NCBI RefSeq assembly: GCF_001194135.2
Contig: NC_068985.1
Coordinates: 37,833,685 to 37,897,684 of the forward strand
Direction of reading: 5' to 3'
DNA from: Octopus bimaculoides
Taxonomy: Eukaryota
Length of the DNA: 64,000 bases
This document shows, one piece after another, positions 24,640-39,390 of this stretch (its first letter is position 1; each line of letters begins with the position of its first letter). The position numbers and the translations under genes were made by a program. The notes beneath the pieces are model-generated. The model was not told the DNA's origin. It searched no databases and was given only the letters and a program-made list of their open reading frames with translations.

Positions 24640-24960
24640 CATGAACATATGGTTCAGAGAGATACTTCGTGACCGCAAGGTCCTAAGTTCGACCCCTCTG
24701 TGTAACACCTTGGGGAAAATGTCATTTTCCGTTGCCTCGGTTTTACCCATACCTCGTGAGTGGAACTGGATAGGCGGGAGCTAAAATAGTCCATCGAGTG
24801 CATTGTACCTGTAATTCTCAAGTCACAGCCTTGTCACACTTATTCTGATTGGGGTTTTTAAGATTACACGTGCTTGTAGAATACTCAACTACTGACACAT
24901 TAATTCAAGTGCAGATAATTCAGTTGACCAAACAACTGAATCCTCATCACCGAACAACGG
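24640..24960 (+). mobile_element. Old SINE with a B-like head and a C-like 3' half
   Basis: Head GTTCGACCCC..CACCTTGGGGAAAATGTC..CCTCGTGAGTGGAACTGGATAGGCGGGAGCT resembles B. TACCTGTA..AGCCTTGTCACAC..ACACGTG resembles the C body. Confidence 0.55.
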
Positions 24961-25274
24961 AAATTCACCACCACAAATAGCACTTGGACCGATATAATCA
25001 GCTTATCCTCTTCCCTCAGAATCGCTGCCCTTGTGCCAAAATTAGAAAGAATTTAGAAGAAACGAGATTTCATACTACAACAGCAAAATTAAAGAAGACG
25101 AAACATAATGTTTTAGTTATCCTTCGACGTAGTTGAGCAACTCGGGATCCACTGTACAAGTTGTACTATTCATCGTTTCGTTCGACGAATTCAAAACGTA
25201 GCCTACGAAACCTCCATTCAAGTAATTTTCCGGAGTCACCATCTCACCCTTGTACGCAAAGTTACCATTTACAT

Positions 25275-25398
25275 CTGAGTGGACTAGTGTAACGTTAAAT
25301 GAAGTGTTTTGCTCAAGAACACAGCGCACGTCCAGTCAAAGAATCGAAGCCATGATTTCTCGATCGTGAATATAACATCCTAACCACTAGACCACGTA
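25275..25398 (-). mobile_element. C-type SINE head
   Basis: On +: TGAGTGGACT..AAATGAAGTGTTTTGCTCAAGAACACAGCGC..TAACCACTAGACCACG. Confidence 0.7.
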
Positions 25399-26154
25399 AT
25401 GTAGATGGATAGCAGGAAACTTCTAGTGCGGAAAAAACCATATCAGTAAGTTCGATCATGTTTCTTGTGAATAAAAAAAAATATATAATTCAGATAAGGG
25501 ATTTATCCTTAAGTAGCTGTGAGAACTTTTAGTGAAATATAGCGTTTAGATATGGAAGCGTTTTCGTGTAACGCCTTGTAGTGAAATATTTTTTCCTTGT
25601 GCAGTCTTTCAGTGCGTTACATGGTGCATAATCCCACTGTTTTGCCTTAACATGATACGAGTTACTGTCTTTAGGCTATAAACTTATTCCATTATTTCCA
25701 TATTCACAGGTTGAAATATTCCTCTCCGTCTTGCATAATGTAGATTTAAGACCATTTACTTAACTAATGGTGCGATAAGACGCAATAACAGAGTGTATAC
25801 ATAACTGAATATTTCACTTCGATAGCATCTTGACACGAATGTTACAGTGCTTTAGCAGTGTTGTAATGCTTAATAAAGGAATTGTTAATATTACTGAAGG
25901 AAAGCAAGGCAGCATATGTTAAAAACACATCGCAGGAGCAAAACTACCATATTATAAGGTTATATACAGTGGCTAAAAGGTAAGGGATTGACAGAATAGT
26001 AAAAGCGTTGGACAAAATGTCTTGTAGTTTTTAATTACCGCCTTCTACTGGGACTGACTTTGCTTCGTTCCTTTCAGGGTGGGTAAAATAAATTACAAGT
26101 CTAAAAATAAGTAGTAGATATTTTCGGCCATTTCTCTTAATACATATATACGCT

Positions 26155-26331
26155 TCTTTTATCTTTTACTTGTTTCTGTCATTGTTGCGGCCATGCTGGA
26201 ACACAACCTTGAAGGGTTTTAGACCCTAGTACATTTATAAAGCCTGATACTTACTCTATCATCTCTTTTGCCGAACCACTATGTGACAAGAATGTAAACA
26301 AACCAACACCGGTCGTCAAAAGGTAGTGGGG

Positions 26332-26378
<47 letters not shown>

Positions 26379-26475
26379 CACATGTGTATATGACTGGTTT
26401 CTTTCAGATTCCAGCTATCAAATGATCATGGCGTCATGCAACAGGATTGAACCCGGAACCATATAATTGGAAACA
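26155..26475 (-). mobile_element. Family B SINE, internally deleted, with (CA)n
   Basis: CTTTTACTTGTTTC..GCGGCCATGCTGGAACAC..TTTGCCGAACC..(CA)n..GATTGAACCCGGAACCA. Confidence 0.8.
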
Positions 26476-29400
26476 ACTGTAGATGGATATTTATGATATG
26501 CGAAAGGCCAAGCAACTAACTCGATTTATTAGCGGTGACTGCATGGATAAAAGAGTAGAAATAAAATTACTGTTTAAAAAAAATAAGTGCANNNNNNNNN
26601 NAGCAACTAACTCGATTTATTAGCGGTGACTGCATGGATAAAAGAGTAGAAATAAAATTACTGTTTAAAAAAAATAAGTGCATGAACATTTCCCGAGTGA
26701 ATCATTAATATCTAATTAATTCCCATTAGATTACAATTTAGTTCAATTCTTTTTAAAGAAAAATTAGAAAAAAAGGAAAATGGAATAAATTAAAGAGAAG
26801 AGAAAAGAAGAAGGGGGGGGGGTAAAGAGGAATAAAATTGAAAAGGAAATCGATAGATAGATCTAAGGGAAGAGTGGGACAGAGATAATGTGGGGAGTAG
26901 AATCCATTTGGACCTGTTTCTTCATTATCGTAGTCAATAATTAACTAATATTTGCTTTTATGTTCTCTTTTTTTTTTTCGTCTTCTTAATAACATTGTCT
27001 TGAATAGATTCTAGGAATTACTATAATTTCACTGCGGGAATGTGGAGGAAATGCTCTTGTTGCCAAACATATTTATAGGTGGCATATAATCATGAGTCGT
27101 TAGAACGGTGGAGAAAATGACTTGAGTATTGATTCTTGTCCCTTGCGTTCTTGAGTTCAATTTTTGCCGATGTCTTCGCGTGTTTGGAATGCTAAATAAA
27201 ATTCATCTTGGGGTGGTGGGTTGATGGAACATTAGATCGTTAGACAGGATAACTAGTTTTTTTTTTTTCGCGGGGATTCTTGAGTGGTGGACTTAGTCCA
27301 GCGTCCGGTTAAATACTAAGACCTCCTTCGTTCAAGGGTGCCCCTAACGAAGTCCATCCCTCTTGCCTCGGAGGAATTGTAAAAGATTTATAGACTCACC
27401 TAATTAAACGATGAAGAAATAGAAACAACTAAAAACAAAGAAACGAAAAAAGAAACAATAACAAAGAAAAAACAAGAAACAAACCAAAAAATGTCACGAA
27501 CAATCGATTCTCTCTTAAGTCATTATTTTCATATACACTAACTTCTCCTAACCCGAACGACACCAGTCTGCTACGGCCACTCTACTGCGCATGACTTTTT
27601 CAAATTTGTGGACATTGTTACAAATGCTTAATTAACGCTCGATAATATTGCTTCCAAATTGTATGCGAGTTTGCTTAGAATAAAGGACTATGCATGAAAA
27701 ATTCTGTTCTAAACAGGTTTAACAAAAAAAAAAAAAAAAAGTACTGACTCCCTTTCTTATAGCATAGCTAAGGGTTTTCTTCTTGAAGGAGCACATATAT
27801 AATTGGACATCGGTTTTAGATTATACCTATTTGAAAACTTCTTTGGTAGAGGTGAAATATTCCATCGACCTCGAATTTAGAACTATCCATGAGACGTCGG
27901 ACAATGCAGAGTGAAAGAAAGGTAGTCTGTCTTATACCCCACGGTGCTTAAGTGTATTATACTTTAAAAAGCTGAATAGGGAAAATATTTCTGCTCATTT
28001 TTTTTTCGACTGTTTTGCAGATGCATTTATATTTATTATTACATTTTTGTATGTATCTCTCTTTTCTATACTGTCCTTTCTCTTGGTATATTCTATTTGT
28101 TTGTCAGTCTAAAAGAAGAAAAAATTACATTAACGGGACATATCTCTCATAGATGCATTAAAAGTCAAATACGAGTGGTTTAAATGGCATCCCTCTGTTC
28201 GTGAAAAATATGGATGATTGGAATAAGGCAATACTTAAATCTTCGGAAGTAGTGTGTGTGTGTGTGTCCTGATATTTGTTCATGATATATATGTGTATGT
28301 TTGTGTGTACGTGTGTGTGAGAAAGAGAGACAGGCAGAGGAAAATGTGATCATGTCATAAAGATGACTCTGAGTGTGAAAAAAACAAAACAAAACAAAAA
28401 GCGACATTATATATGAGAAAGAATAACTGGATTAGTTTATGCATGCAAATATACTCATATAAAACAGTGTTCCATTGTATCTGATTTAATTTGAACTGCC
28501 TGTATGTAAATATGTATCTGTGTATCTGCATATATGTTTATACGAAAAGAGTAAAAATTGGTCGACGAAATATGTTATAGGAAAATAATGACATTTAGAA
28601 TGTTTTCCAAAGTGATGATAAAGTGTTATAGAGAGGTCTATTGGAAGGTCATATAGGTTAGAAAAAGGAGAACTAGAGATAAAAAAAAAATGTGGTAAGA
28701 AGAATAAGATAAAATACAAAAAACTAGGGAGTTGTGAAAGGCAAAGGGACCAAGTGGCATAAAGAGACACAGAGAGAGGTTTAAAGACAAGGAGAAAATA
28801 AAATAAGACTAAGTAGGAAAGAGAAACAGAGAAAGCGCGAGAAACAGAAAGATAGAGAAAGAGAGATAGACGTACAGGATTTTATATGTTTGCATATGCA
28901 TGGGTAGAAAAGAGAATAAACTTGAAGACTGAAATAGGAAAGAACTGATAAAATCTAATAGAAGGATAAGGATAACGGAGGTAAAGATGAGAAAAATAAA
29001 ATACTTTTGAGAAATACAAAGAAATAGGCTGATATAAATGAAAGAAAAAGGCTGAAAGAGCGGAAGAGCAAGAATAAGAAAACGATGTAGAAAATAAGAG
29101 ATATCCGGGAGAAAAGAAAAAAAAATATAGATAGAAATGAAATGAAGAGAATGGAATTTGTTATTCCATTAACGCAGCATGAAAGAAACATATAATCCCA
29201 GAGAAAAATATAGGAAAACTAAAAATATAAATGTGGGTTGATGCAAAATTAACGAGAGGAAAAATAACGACTAAAACCACAAAAACAACGAGAGCAGGCT
29301 CAGCACTAGCAACGGCAACAATAATTCTATAAACAACAACACGACAGCAGCAGCAGCAACAGCAGAAGCAGAAGCGGGGGGTGGAGTTTATAGTAGTAGC

Positions 29401-31097
29401 AGTAGTAATAGCAATAGTAGCAGCAGCAGCAGTAGCAATAAACTAAGTTGCGATATGATATTTGGTTTTTAACATAGGCTTAAGATTTTGGATTTATGTG
29501 CTGTTTCCGAAGGGCAGCAAGATATAAACGAAGTGAATCAGTTCCAATTGAGAATTGAAAACCCCCAAATCGGATCCCGTATTCAGTTCGCGATGAATTC
29601 GTCATCAGTGATAAAATAAATCAGCAATGATAAGAAATAAATAACAATTAAAACAATTTTTATTTGCTGTCATCATTATCATCACTATAACTATATAATT
29701 CTCACCGTTAATATGACAAACAAAACGGTAAGATCACTACATGAAATCCTTACACTCTATACTTATAATTTCTTCCCCTTTATGCAGCAAATTCAACTTG
29801 CACACTCTTCCAAAATCGCTCTGATTAGCCTTTCATCTCATCGGGGTCAATAAAATAAAGTACCAGTTAAGTACCAGCGTCGATTAAAAACCTTCCCACA
29901 TATTTACTGGCCTTGTGCCAAAAATTCGGAAGAATCATTGATATTATTATTTACTTTTACTGAAACCAGCAGTCTAGAGAAGGTGTGTATATATCTAGTT
30001 TTTTTTTTTTTTTTTTTTTTTTTTTTGTGCCTTCACAGTTTGATCAGATGTAACTTCATTGTAGTTAATTCTCACAGAGAAATTTCAACTAAAACCAAGT
30101 TTGCTTTCTCTTATTATAGTGGTAATATATATATAACCGTCCGATAACACATTTTCATTCTTAAAACGTTCCGACGTATTCGCATACGAATGTGCTTATC
30201 GCTGTTGTGTTTTGCCATTGGAGAACAATTTCTTTGAGACGAAGGTCTGTTCCTAATATACTCGATTCATTAGAGTAACGAGACATTGGAAGACCTGGTG
30301 TTTCGACGTTATCGTTTCCTCAGCCTAAGCTAACCCGGACAAATGAATCTAACAAGAGTTTGTGATTCTTGTTTATAAATTCAGCAAACAAATTATTTGC
30401 TGATGTCTGCTGATAATTGTCAACCGATGATAGCGAAATGCACCAGCAATTAGCAAATTCACTTTCGAATTAGCCGGAACGTATTGAGAATGAATATGTT
30501 CTGAAAATGAATATGTACATCATTGTTCTGAGTCATTTATTATCGATCAATAATAAACAATTATTATGAGCAATGGCAACAAAATCTCAAGTGGAACATC
30601 GCATTTGCTCCACTTTTCGCTGCAAATGTCTTACATGGACAATAAAATTGAACTGAATCGCAGAGAAATTCTTTAATTAGCCATTGAAGCCTTATATGTG
30701 CAAGTTTAATTGTGTCTTGTCCAGAAAGTTTAAAGCAACAGCTGCATTGACATAATGAACTCAGCGACCCGAAATCTAAGAAAGTACAATACTATTCTAT
30801 TCACATATTCGGGGCTGCTGTGCATCGAATGATAACAATAGTAATTTCTTACATAAGCACGAATGTTTGATTTGAATGTAGAAAGAGTTAGGTTGTTGGG
30901 ATGTTCATCCTTTCGTAAAGCTATTTGAAGCGCAAATAGAGTGCTTCCAAATGAAAATTGAAATTGGACACGAGGATTAGTAATCGTTCATAAAATTAAT
31001 ATAGAACCATATGAAGAAAAGTAATATTAAAAATTCGTAAAAGCAGAGTTAATGATCCGAATGTTTTGAATCGCTCTTTTTTTTATTATGTTTCATT

Positions 31098-31230
<133 letters not shown>

Positions 31231-33423
31231 TAATGGTGAAGAGGGTACGATTGCTCTGCTACACCTGATGATGATGATGCTGATGTTGATAATGATAATC
31301 GGTTATAGTAAGGGTTACATGTTGTAAAGGGAGGCAATTTATTTCATTTTTACAGCATTCTAATGTTAAAGTAATCCTACCATTAAAGCGACAACATATG
31401 CATGATTATGCATACAAACCCACGCATACACAAACGCATATAGAGAAACACGCTCACCCATTCACACAGGCAGAAACGCAGACACACAAAAGAAGAAAAC
31501 AACAAAAAAAGAACGTAAATAACTAAAACGATCCCTGCATTCCTTCTTGTATTGATCCAATGTGAAGTCAACCCCTAAATGGGACTAGAACTTGAAAAGT
31601 GCCGATGCCATAAAACAGTAGTCTCTCTCAATGCTCCACTGCAAAGAATATTCTATTGCATTTTTCTTTTCTTTTTTCTCACTCTTCCCCTCTCCCCCTC
31701 TCTCTTTCTCTGACTGTTTTCGCAGTTCTTCAAAAGATTGCTCGAGGTGGCATTTTACCGTTTAGTGTTGGCGTTTCTTTCTCTTGAGTTAATAATATCG
31801 AGTTGAGGCTCACTTGTTTTCTTTATTATTGTAGGACCGAACAAATATTACGGTTATTATCAGCGACTTAGTCATACTGCCTCTCTCGGCATCTTTTTAA
31901 CTCCGGGACAAAACAGATACTGATTGTGAGATAAGCAGCATGCGTTATTTGGATAGAATAGTTGACGGTTAGACCTAGAGATTTCAGGTTAGTGTTTAGA
32001 GTGAGAAAATACGTTTTAAAGATAGCGTTGGATGAACACACACACACACACAAATGCGCGCGCATGCATAGGGGAGAGAGGAAGAGAGAGTGAGAGAGAG
32101 CTCTAAGAAGCATGCCGGGCATATCTAAAATAAAAGACGAGAAATAAAGGGCTGGTTAAGTGAAGTTCTAATTACTAATTTGAGAATTCTTTATTCAGAA
32201 AGCAATGATATAACATTCTCAGTCACGTAAGAAAAGAAACCCCTTGGCAAATTATAAACAATCTAACACACATCGTTTGGGCTCGAGACATATGCTTAGT
32301 GTTATGAATCAAATTGTAGTGTCTCTCTCTCTCTCTCTCNNNNNNNNNNNNNNNNNNNNNNNNNNNNNNNNNNNNNNNNNNNNNNNNNNNNNNNNNNNNN
32401 NNNNNNNNNNNNNNNNNNNNNNNNNNNNNNNNNNNNNNNNNNNNNNNNNNNNNNNNNNNNNNNNNNNNNNNNNNNNNNNNNNNNNNATATATATGCACAC
32501 ATAAAATTGGAACGTACTGGATGAGATCTGAAATTATCTCTATTATGTTTACATGTTATGCTACGAGAGTGTAACTAAATACAAACGCTCAAAACTGTCT
32601 TGATATTGATTTCTAAATTGTGCAGATATTTTGAAGAAGAAAACCGAGAACAACAAATTATAAAGGAAAAATACACTGCTGCCCCTTATTTTATCGAATT
32701 CTGATGCAAAAGAGGGTACTCGAGTGCAGTGAACCGCGATCTTGGAATATTAAAGCATTCATTTAAATAAATAGATGCAAGGTATTTCGTCTGACACTCC
32801 AGTATTTCTTTCCCCCGTCTTGTCATCAATAAGGGCATGGCCCAAGTTTAGGCAATAAGCATTTATTTTATTTAACTCCGACTAATAAAACGCAAAGTCG
32901 ACCTCCGGTGAGGTTTAAGTTCAAAATTTTAGAAAATTTCAGCTTTCTAATCGTTGAGCCAAATGCTGTGAGCTTTGAAAGAGCAAAGAGTCAACTAAAT
33001 CCATCTCCTGTATTAGACTGATGCTTTAATTTATTTGTTCGGGAAGATGAAAAGGTAAAATTGACATCAGGTTTCTCGTAGAATTTATTCGTGTATACTA
33101 AAACACCATGATGCTGGTGAGACTCTTGTTATTTGTAATGTCAATTACTTATATCTTGTAAGCTTCCACTTCTTTTCCTCTTAATTTGAACATACGTGCA
33201 CACAAATATACAAGTACATATACCTGTGTGTGTGTATGTATATATATATAGTTAAAAAAACAATAACAAAAAAACAAAAAAACAACAAAGTGAGGACGTG
33301 ATATGGATAGTATTATTGGACGCTCAGGAAAGGAAAGAGAGAGTGTATTTATATATATATATATATATATGTACACACACATATATGTACGTCTTTCTCT
33401 CTCTCCCAATATTGTTTTTTCGT

Positions 33424-33836
33424 TTATTCTTTTACTTGTTCCTGTCATTTGACTGCGGCCATGCTGGAGCACCGCCTTGAAGTTTTTCTTTGTTTTTTTT
33501 TAGTCAAATGAATTGACTCCATGACTTATTTCTTAAGCGTAGTACTTATTCTATCGTTCTCTTTAGCCAAACCGCTAAGTTAGTTACAGGGACGTAAGCA
33601 CACCAATACCAGTTTTCAAGCGGTGATGGGGTGAGGGACAGACATAGACACAAAGACACACATATATAGATACGTACATATATATATATATACATATATA
33701 TACATATATACGACAGGCTTCTTTCAGGTCTCAGCTACCAAATCCACTCAGAAGGCTTTGGTCTAGATGTCACACTATTGGACTGAACTCGGAACCTTGT
33801 AGTTGGGAAGCAAAATTCTTGCCACACAGCCACGCC
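33424..33836 (-). mobile_element. Family B SINE, near full length
   Basis: Reverse complement of 10377-10783 including the internal microsatellite; ends in CCACACAGCCACGCC. Confidence 0.88.
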
Positions 33837-33959
33837 AATATATATGTGTATGCATATATATATATATATATATATATATAGTTGTAAAATATGCTTAGTT
33901 ACCTCAGGTTTCTACGATTCGGTTGTGGGCATGCTGGAACATCATCATGAAAAATTAAA

Positions 33960-34001
<42 letters not shown>

Positions 34002-34819
34002 GTAGATAAATACGTAACGCAAGCATCAAATATCAAATACATCGAAATAAAGAGGTAACCAAGGCAGTTATTATTGATTAGTTTTGGCTTCATTTATAAC
34101 TTAATGATAGTTAAGACTTATAGTATTTTCTCTCCTCGTGTCTATTCCAGCATCTTCTTATCTGCTCCAAATAAAGATCTTATTTCAATGAGCAGACGGA
34201 CAGACAGTTATAACATACTCTCAAAAAGTATCATTATTTCTAACCTTAACTCGATATATTTCATTGATAATCTATCTCACGGTTCTCTGTGTCTTACTTT
34301 ATGTTCTCCTTCACTTGAATATTTCCATCTGTCTTTCGATTCTCGTTTAGTTTACTACGTATAATGGGACACCTACATTAATATATTTTATTAATTTCTG
34401 TCCCTATCTACCTCGGAACTCTTTACCATATAAAGTGCATGCTAGCAACAGCTCTCTATTTTTGTAGCTGTTGAACAGTGATATATTGAGAGGAATGTCA
34501 TAACAATGTAGTTTGTATGGAAGTTTTCTATTATTTTCTTTTCCAGAGAGAAATGCGAGCAGAGATTTGCTCAGAAGCAAAAATATAAAAATGTAAATAA
34601 CGTAAACAATAGTATAAAATTCTCATACATACATATGAGAGAGATTTACATAGACATGTGTATGTATGTATGTATGTATGTATGTATGTATATACACACA
34701 CACATATATATACATACGTATATATGTACTCAAGCATACGTGTCTGCGTGTGTGTAAATATATGTATGTGTGTGTCTGTGGTGCAAGTGGCAGAGAAAGA
34801 ATGATGATAAAACATGCAG

Positions 34820-34823
<4 letters not shown>

Positions 34824-34888
<65 letters not shown>
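34824..34888. repeat. (AG)n microsatellite
   Basis: Perfect AG run. Confidence 0.95.
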
Positions 34889-34891
<3 letters not shown>

Positions 34892-35345
34892 TCAGAAGTG
34901 ATGTTATAGAGTTGACAGGAAAAAATTCCGTTAGACGAAAATCAAAAAAGGAAATAACTGTAAAATCGAAAAGAATAAATTGTAAAGATACAAGTTGAAT
35001 GAAAGAAAAATTCAATTATACTGGTGCATGATGGGTAATTTTCTTGTAATAGTGGTAAAAATCTTCTGAGCGAGAGATACAAGCCAACCTGACATACCCT
35101 TCGAAGTTATGCTTCGCTTTCCACATTGGCAATTTCCCATCATACATTGACTCATATCTAAGTGCACATACAAAAAGTAATTGCATATTCGCATATTTGG
35201 CATGTATATATAGGTGTGTGTGTGTGTTTATGAAGTGCAAATTTATAAAATAGACACATGCAGGTATAGACACGTGTATGTGTACGTGCTTATGCTAATG
35301 TATGGTGTACTTGAATAATCTGTGAGAATGAATGAACGTACAAAC

Positions 35346-35385
<40 letters not shown>

Positions 35386-35479
35386 CGAATGATCTATGCG
35401 TATATTTGCGAGTAACTGTGATATTTTGTGCAAATATATGTGAAGTGTGTGTATGTGTGTAAGTGTGTGTTGCATATAT

Positions 35480-35506
35480 ATATATATGTATATATGTGTG
35501 TGTACA

Positions 35507-35559
<53 letters not shown>

Positions 35560-35576
35560 ATATATATATGTGTGTG

Positions 35577-35617
<41 letters not shown>

Positions 35618-35624
35618 GTGTGTG

Positions 35625-35667
<43 letters not shown>

Positions 35668-35674
35668 GTGTGTG

Positions 35675-35717
<43 letters not shown>

Positions 35718-35848
35718 GTGTGTGTATATATATGTGTGTGTGTGTGCGTGTGTATATATATATGTGTGTGTATATATATGTGTGTGTGTGTGTATATATA
35801 TATGTGTGTATATATGTGTGTATGTGTGTGTGTATATATATGTGTGTG

Positions 35849-35892
<44 letters not shown>

Positions 35893-35965
35893 TGTGTGTG
35901 TATATATATATATGTGTGTGTGTGTGTATATATATATGTGTGTGTATATATACATGTGTGTGTGG
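35480..35965. repeat. Compound (TA)m(TG)n array with higher-order periodicity
   Basis: Alternating short and long TG blocks separated by (TA)3-5; source of the 200-260 aa HTYI/CVYI pseudo-ORFs. Confidence 0.95.
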
Positions 35966-37284
35966 GGGGGGGCGTATATCATATGATTGCATGTATATGT
36001 ATCGTATATATATTTGTGTGTTCATGCATCTATTTATATGACTGTATATATAGATATATGTGTATATGTATATGAGTGTATGTTATGTATGTGTATTTTT
36101 TGTGTGTAACTATATATTCATATATTTGTTTCCATGTATGTGTATGCGAAAGCTTGTAAGTATATGTTCATAGCATTTTTATGCTTAGAAATACTTATTT
36201 ATAGTTTGCAATACTTATTTTCTGGCAGTGTGTGTGAATAAAAGCGAATACGAGTGCATGAGTAAGTGAATGAGCGACTGCGTGTCAACTTGATTTTAAC
36301 CCAACCGATCGTTTTATTTAGGTTATAAAAATATCGTAACAGCTAACACACTATACCATAAATATATAAATAATTAAAATAAATAATTGGTTCAAAATAC
36401 ACTAAACAAACAGCAGAAGAAGAAAAAAAATGAACAAAAGTTTAATATAAGAATAAATAAACGGCGAATAGAAAATATTAATAGCCCCCCTTTTTAAAGA
36501 AAGCAAAGAAACCATGTTCAAAACATGTCATTGAATGATGGAGACCAAAGGTTTTCTAATAACAGGGACTATCAATAAAAGAGATCTTGAGTAGTAGGGT
36601 CAGATCGTTCATCAGCGAGACCTGCTTTTTAAATTTAACCACTGCCGACTCAAGTCTGATCATTACTTCAATTTTTCTAGAATAGATTTCAGTCGCCGTT
36701 TCTGACAATTTCCTTGCACCAACACAACTATTCATTTAAAAGGGAAGAACTGTATAAAACATTAAATACTATAATTAACTTTATTTCACGATCGGGAATA
36801 GATTTCTGTGAAGTATTTCGCTCCTCCCCCTCCCCCTCTTCCGCCTCCTTTATTATTGTTATTATTATTATTATTATTTGCATTTGTTTTAAGACATTCA
36901 CTTATTTTAAGATGTCTATCAAATTGACATTTTTGGAATTCCTTCAGATATTACAAACTATTTGTGTTGAGTGTTTATAATCGTATAGATTTTTAACATT
37001 TGAAATATAATTCTTAACAAACACGCATACATACGTCATATTCTTTCATTTTAACACATGCATAGATATGCATATCGCAGTATAAATTATTTGTCAATTT
37101 GATATTGCTTTAAACAATTTTTTTTTGTCTTTCTATCTTGAATATTCTTCACTTTCTAATAAGAAATCTCTGTTCGTGCATGTAAAATGTTTGGTGTGAA
37201 GTTGAGTGTGAATGTAAGTATCTGTGTTTGTGTATGCCAGCATGTGTGTAAATATGTATGAATTATGTAGATATGAGAGGCCTT

Positions 37285-37540
37285 CTGTTAGGGAGTGAGT
37301 TCGGTCCTGAACTGAGCAGCAGGTTGTATCTTCGAGCAGGTTACTTCATTTCAGGTTACTCTAGTCACCTCAGTGAAAATGGATAACATACCTCCCTCCA
37401 CTCCAATCTCCCAGCTAATTGCATCCGCAATGTTCTGCTGGCTCAAGGGTGGGAGCGTCTGCTCGCAACTACATTGGCACTGAATACACCGAGTCAAAGT
37501 GCTCTACTCGCTTGTGGGTGACGGTTAAATCCCAAGCTAC
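37285..37540 (+). mobile_element. SINE with a degenerate C-type head and a different body/tail
   Basis: GTGAGTTCGGTCCTGAAC..GTATCTTCGAGCAGGTTACTTCATTTCAGGTTACTCTAGTCACCTCAG resembles the C head. It ends CTTGTGGGTGACGGTTAAATCCC. Confidence 0.55.
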
Positions 37541-38263
37541 GATATATGTATGTATGGGTGGATGGATATGTGCCTGCATGTATATTTGTAAATATATCTT
37601 TATATAAACATACATAGGTACGTGTGTTGTTTGAGCACATCCAATTACCTTGTCTACATATAGTTACACATGTAGTTAGTATACATGGCGCAAGCTAGCA
37701 GTGAAGCCCGTTCCTCCACAAGTTATATCTTCGGTAAGATTTTATATAACCATGGTAACATTTTTAATCTGTTTAAAAAAAAAAAAAAAAAAAAAAACAG
37801 TGGGCAATATTCGCAAATTTGGTTAAGCGGGGAGAAGAAACAATATACATAGATATTGCTTAAGAAATAAATTTTTTCCCTTTTGTCAATCTCTGACTGA
37901 ACCGAACAAACCTATAAAGAAAGGTTTCGCAACGTTAACAAATTCTTTTAACTTTGGATGGTGTAGTCTGGAATGCACCATTCCTGTATATATTCTTCAT
38001 AATAAGAGGACTGTATGATCTGAACTTGTTTAAGGGGCTATTTCTAAAATGTCCTAATATATAAAGGGTTCCTAGTTAGTTTTTAAGAGATAAAATGGAG
38101 AAGACACAAAATCATCGATAATTATTAATCCACTTTCTTCGTCTTTCTTTCATGTGTTAGATTGATTTTATTGACCTCTTTTTGGTTCGTAAACGGTTTT
38201 GTTTTATATCGCAAATAGTATGACATATTGACTTGATCCCAAAACGCACGTGCTGCGCGTGCA

Positions 38264-38314
<51 letters not shown>

Positions 38315-39355
38315 CTTGTGTGTGAGTGCGTGAGCGTACGTATATATGAGTGGCTTACCAACTACAATATGAAAAGCGCGTCGATTACGTTTGGATAACT
38401 CCAATCATTTCGCTTTTCTCTTGTTTCATAAATCAAATATAGGTGTCAGCATAAACAAACCTTTATCGCTTTAGAGCGCTTTTAGTATAGGATAGCAAGC
38501 AAGTACACAGAACAGAATGGATCCCAAGTTCACCATAGATCCTACAAGAAATCCATTGTTCTATTCTTACAAAATCTGTTCAAAGGGCAAATGTACAAAT
38601 ACAACTTGAATTGATGGCCCTATTGTAACCTCAGGATAATATCACACAACACTGATTTCATGAAATTTTCTAATACTTGTATACATTGGTTGGCTTCTAA
38701 GTGTTATAAATGTCACTGAGATTTGCTAAGGAGATAATAACCTAACTATAAATAATCCGAGTGTCACCTAGAGCGAGGTTTGAAGAGCGAACAGTTGTGT
38801 TTTGAAATTACAAAAGTACACCGTATCTAATAATAGTATTAGTCTGATTGCTAGGGTGTGTTGCGCTCTTAAAAATCTATGGAATGCAGTCAAAGATATA
38901 ATCGAAAAATTTAATATCATGGAACAAGCTCGAATGTTAAGGTTTCAACAACCTTCTAACAATGTAGCTGCACCAAAGACATAGTCTAAGCTTTTCCTAT
39001 AATTTTTGTTATGGCATTCACCAGAATTTAGCTATGATAATGATTTCTTATTATTAGTAATATAAAAAGAGGGAAAAGCTGAAAACCTTTAGCGTTAATC
39101 ACGATTCTTGTCAAGCAGGTCAAGGGAAAGAACTCTGAAATTTAAAGTAGTTAATCGACTATAATATGCTTGGGGAGTTCATCCGATTCTTGGTATAGTA
39201 ACAACTCTACACGTTCCACCTTACTAGGCCACCCCATAATATCCCATACCTTTGAAATAAATTTTTGACTCGATAGTATTTACACGAAAACTTTCCTTTG
39301 ATAGCTTCTGCTTCAAGAACATACAGTCAAGTATAGGCCATACATACATGCATAC

Positions 39356-39390
<35 letters not shown>

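Noticed and set aside
25117-25329. ORF with N-glycosylation-like motifs (NSSNETMNSTTC) as a terminal coding exon
   Set aside because: Its 5' part and apparent acceptor lie inside a SINE head and no family is recognisable. Kept only as a possible SINE body or exonisation.
26511-26682. 81-bp direct repeat across a 10-N gap
   Set aside because: Essentially identical flanks of a 10-N gap indicate an unmerged contig overlap.
29575-29610. Minus-strand CTGATGA followed by a short hairpin
   Set aside because: It has GAAC instead of GAAA, and no NUH or stem I can be formed.
30288-30326. Minus-strand CTGAGGA..GAAAC..GTC hammerhead-like string
   Set aside because: Stem I has only two G-U pairs and stem III is not palindromic, so it is compatible with chance.
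38500-39330. Possible decayed LINE reverse transcriptase (..YYRVKNLFQRYGILWGG..)
   Set aside because: Only a vague resemblance to L2/Crack motifs, with many stops; not supportable without a profile search.
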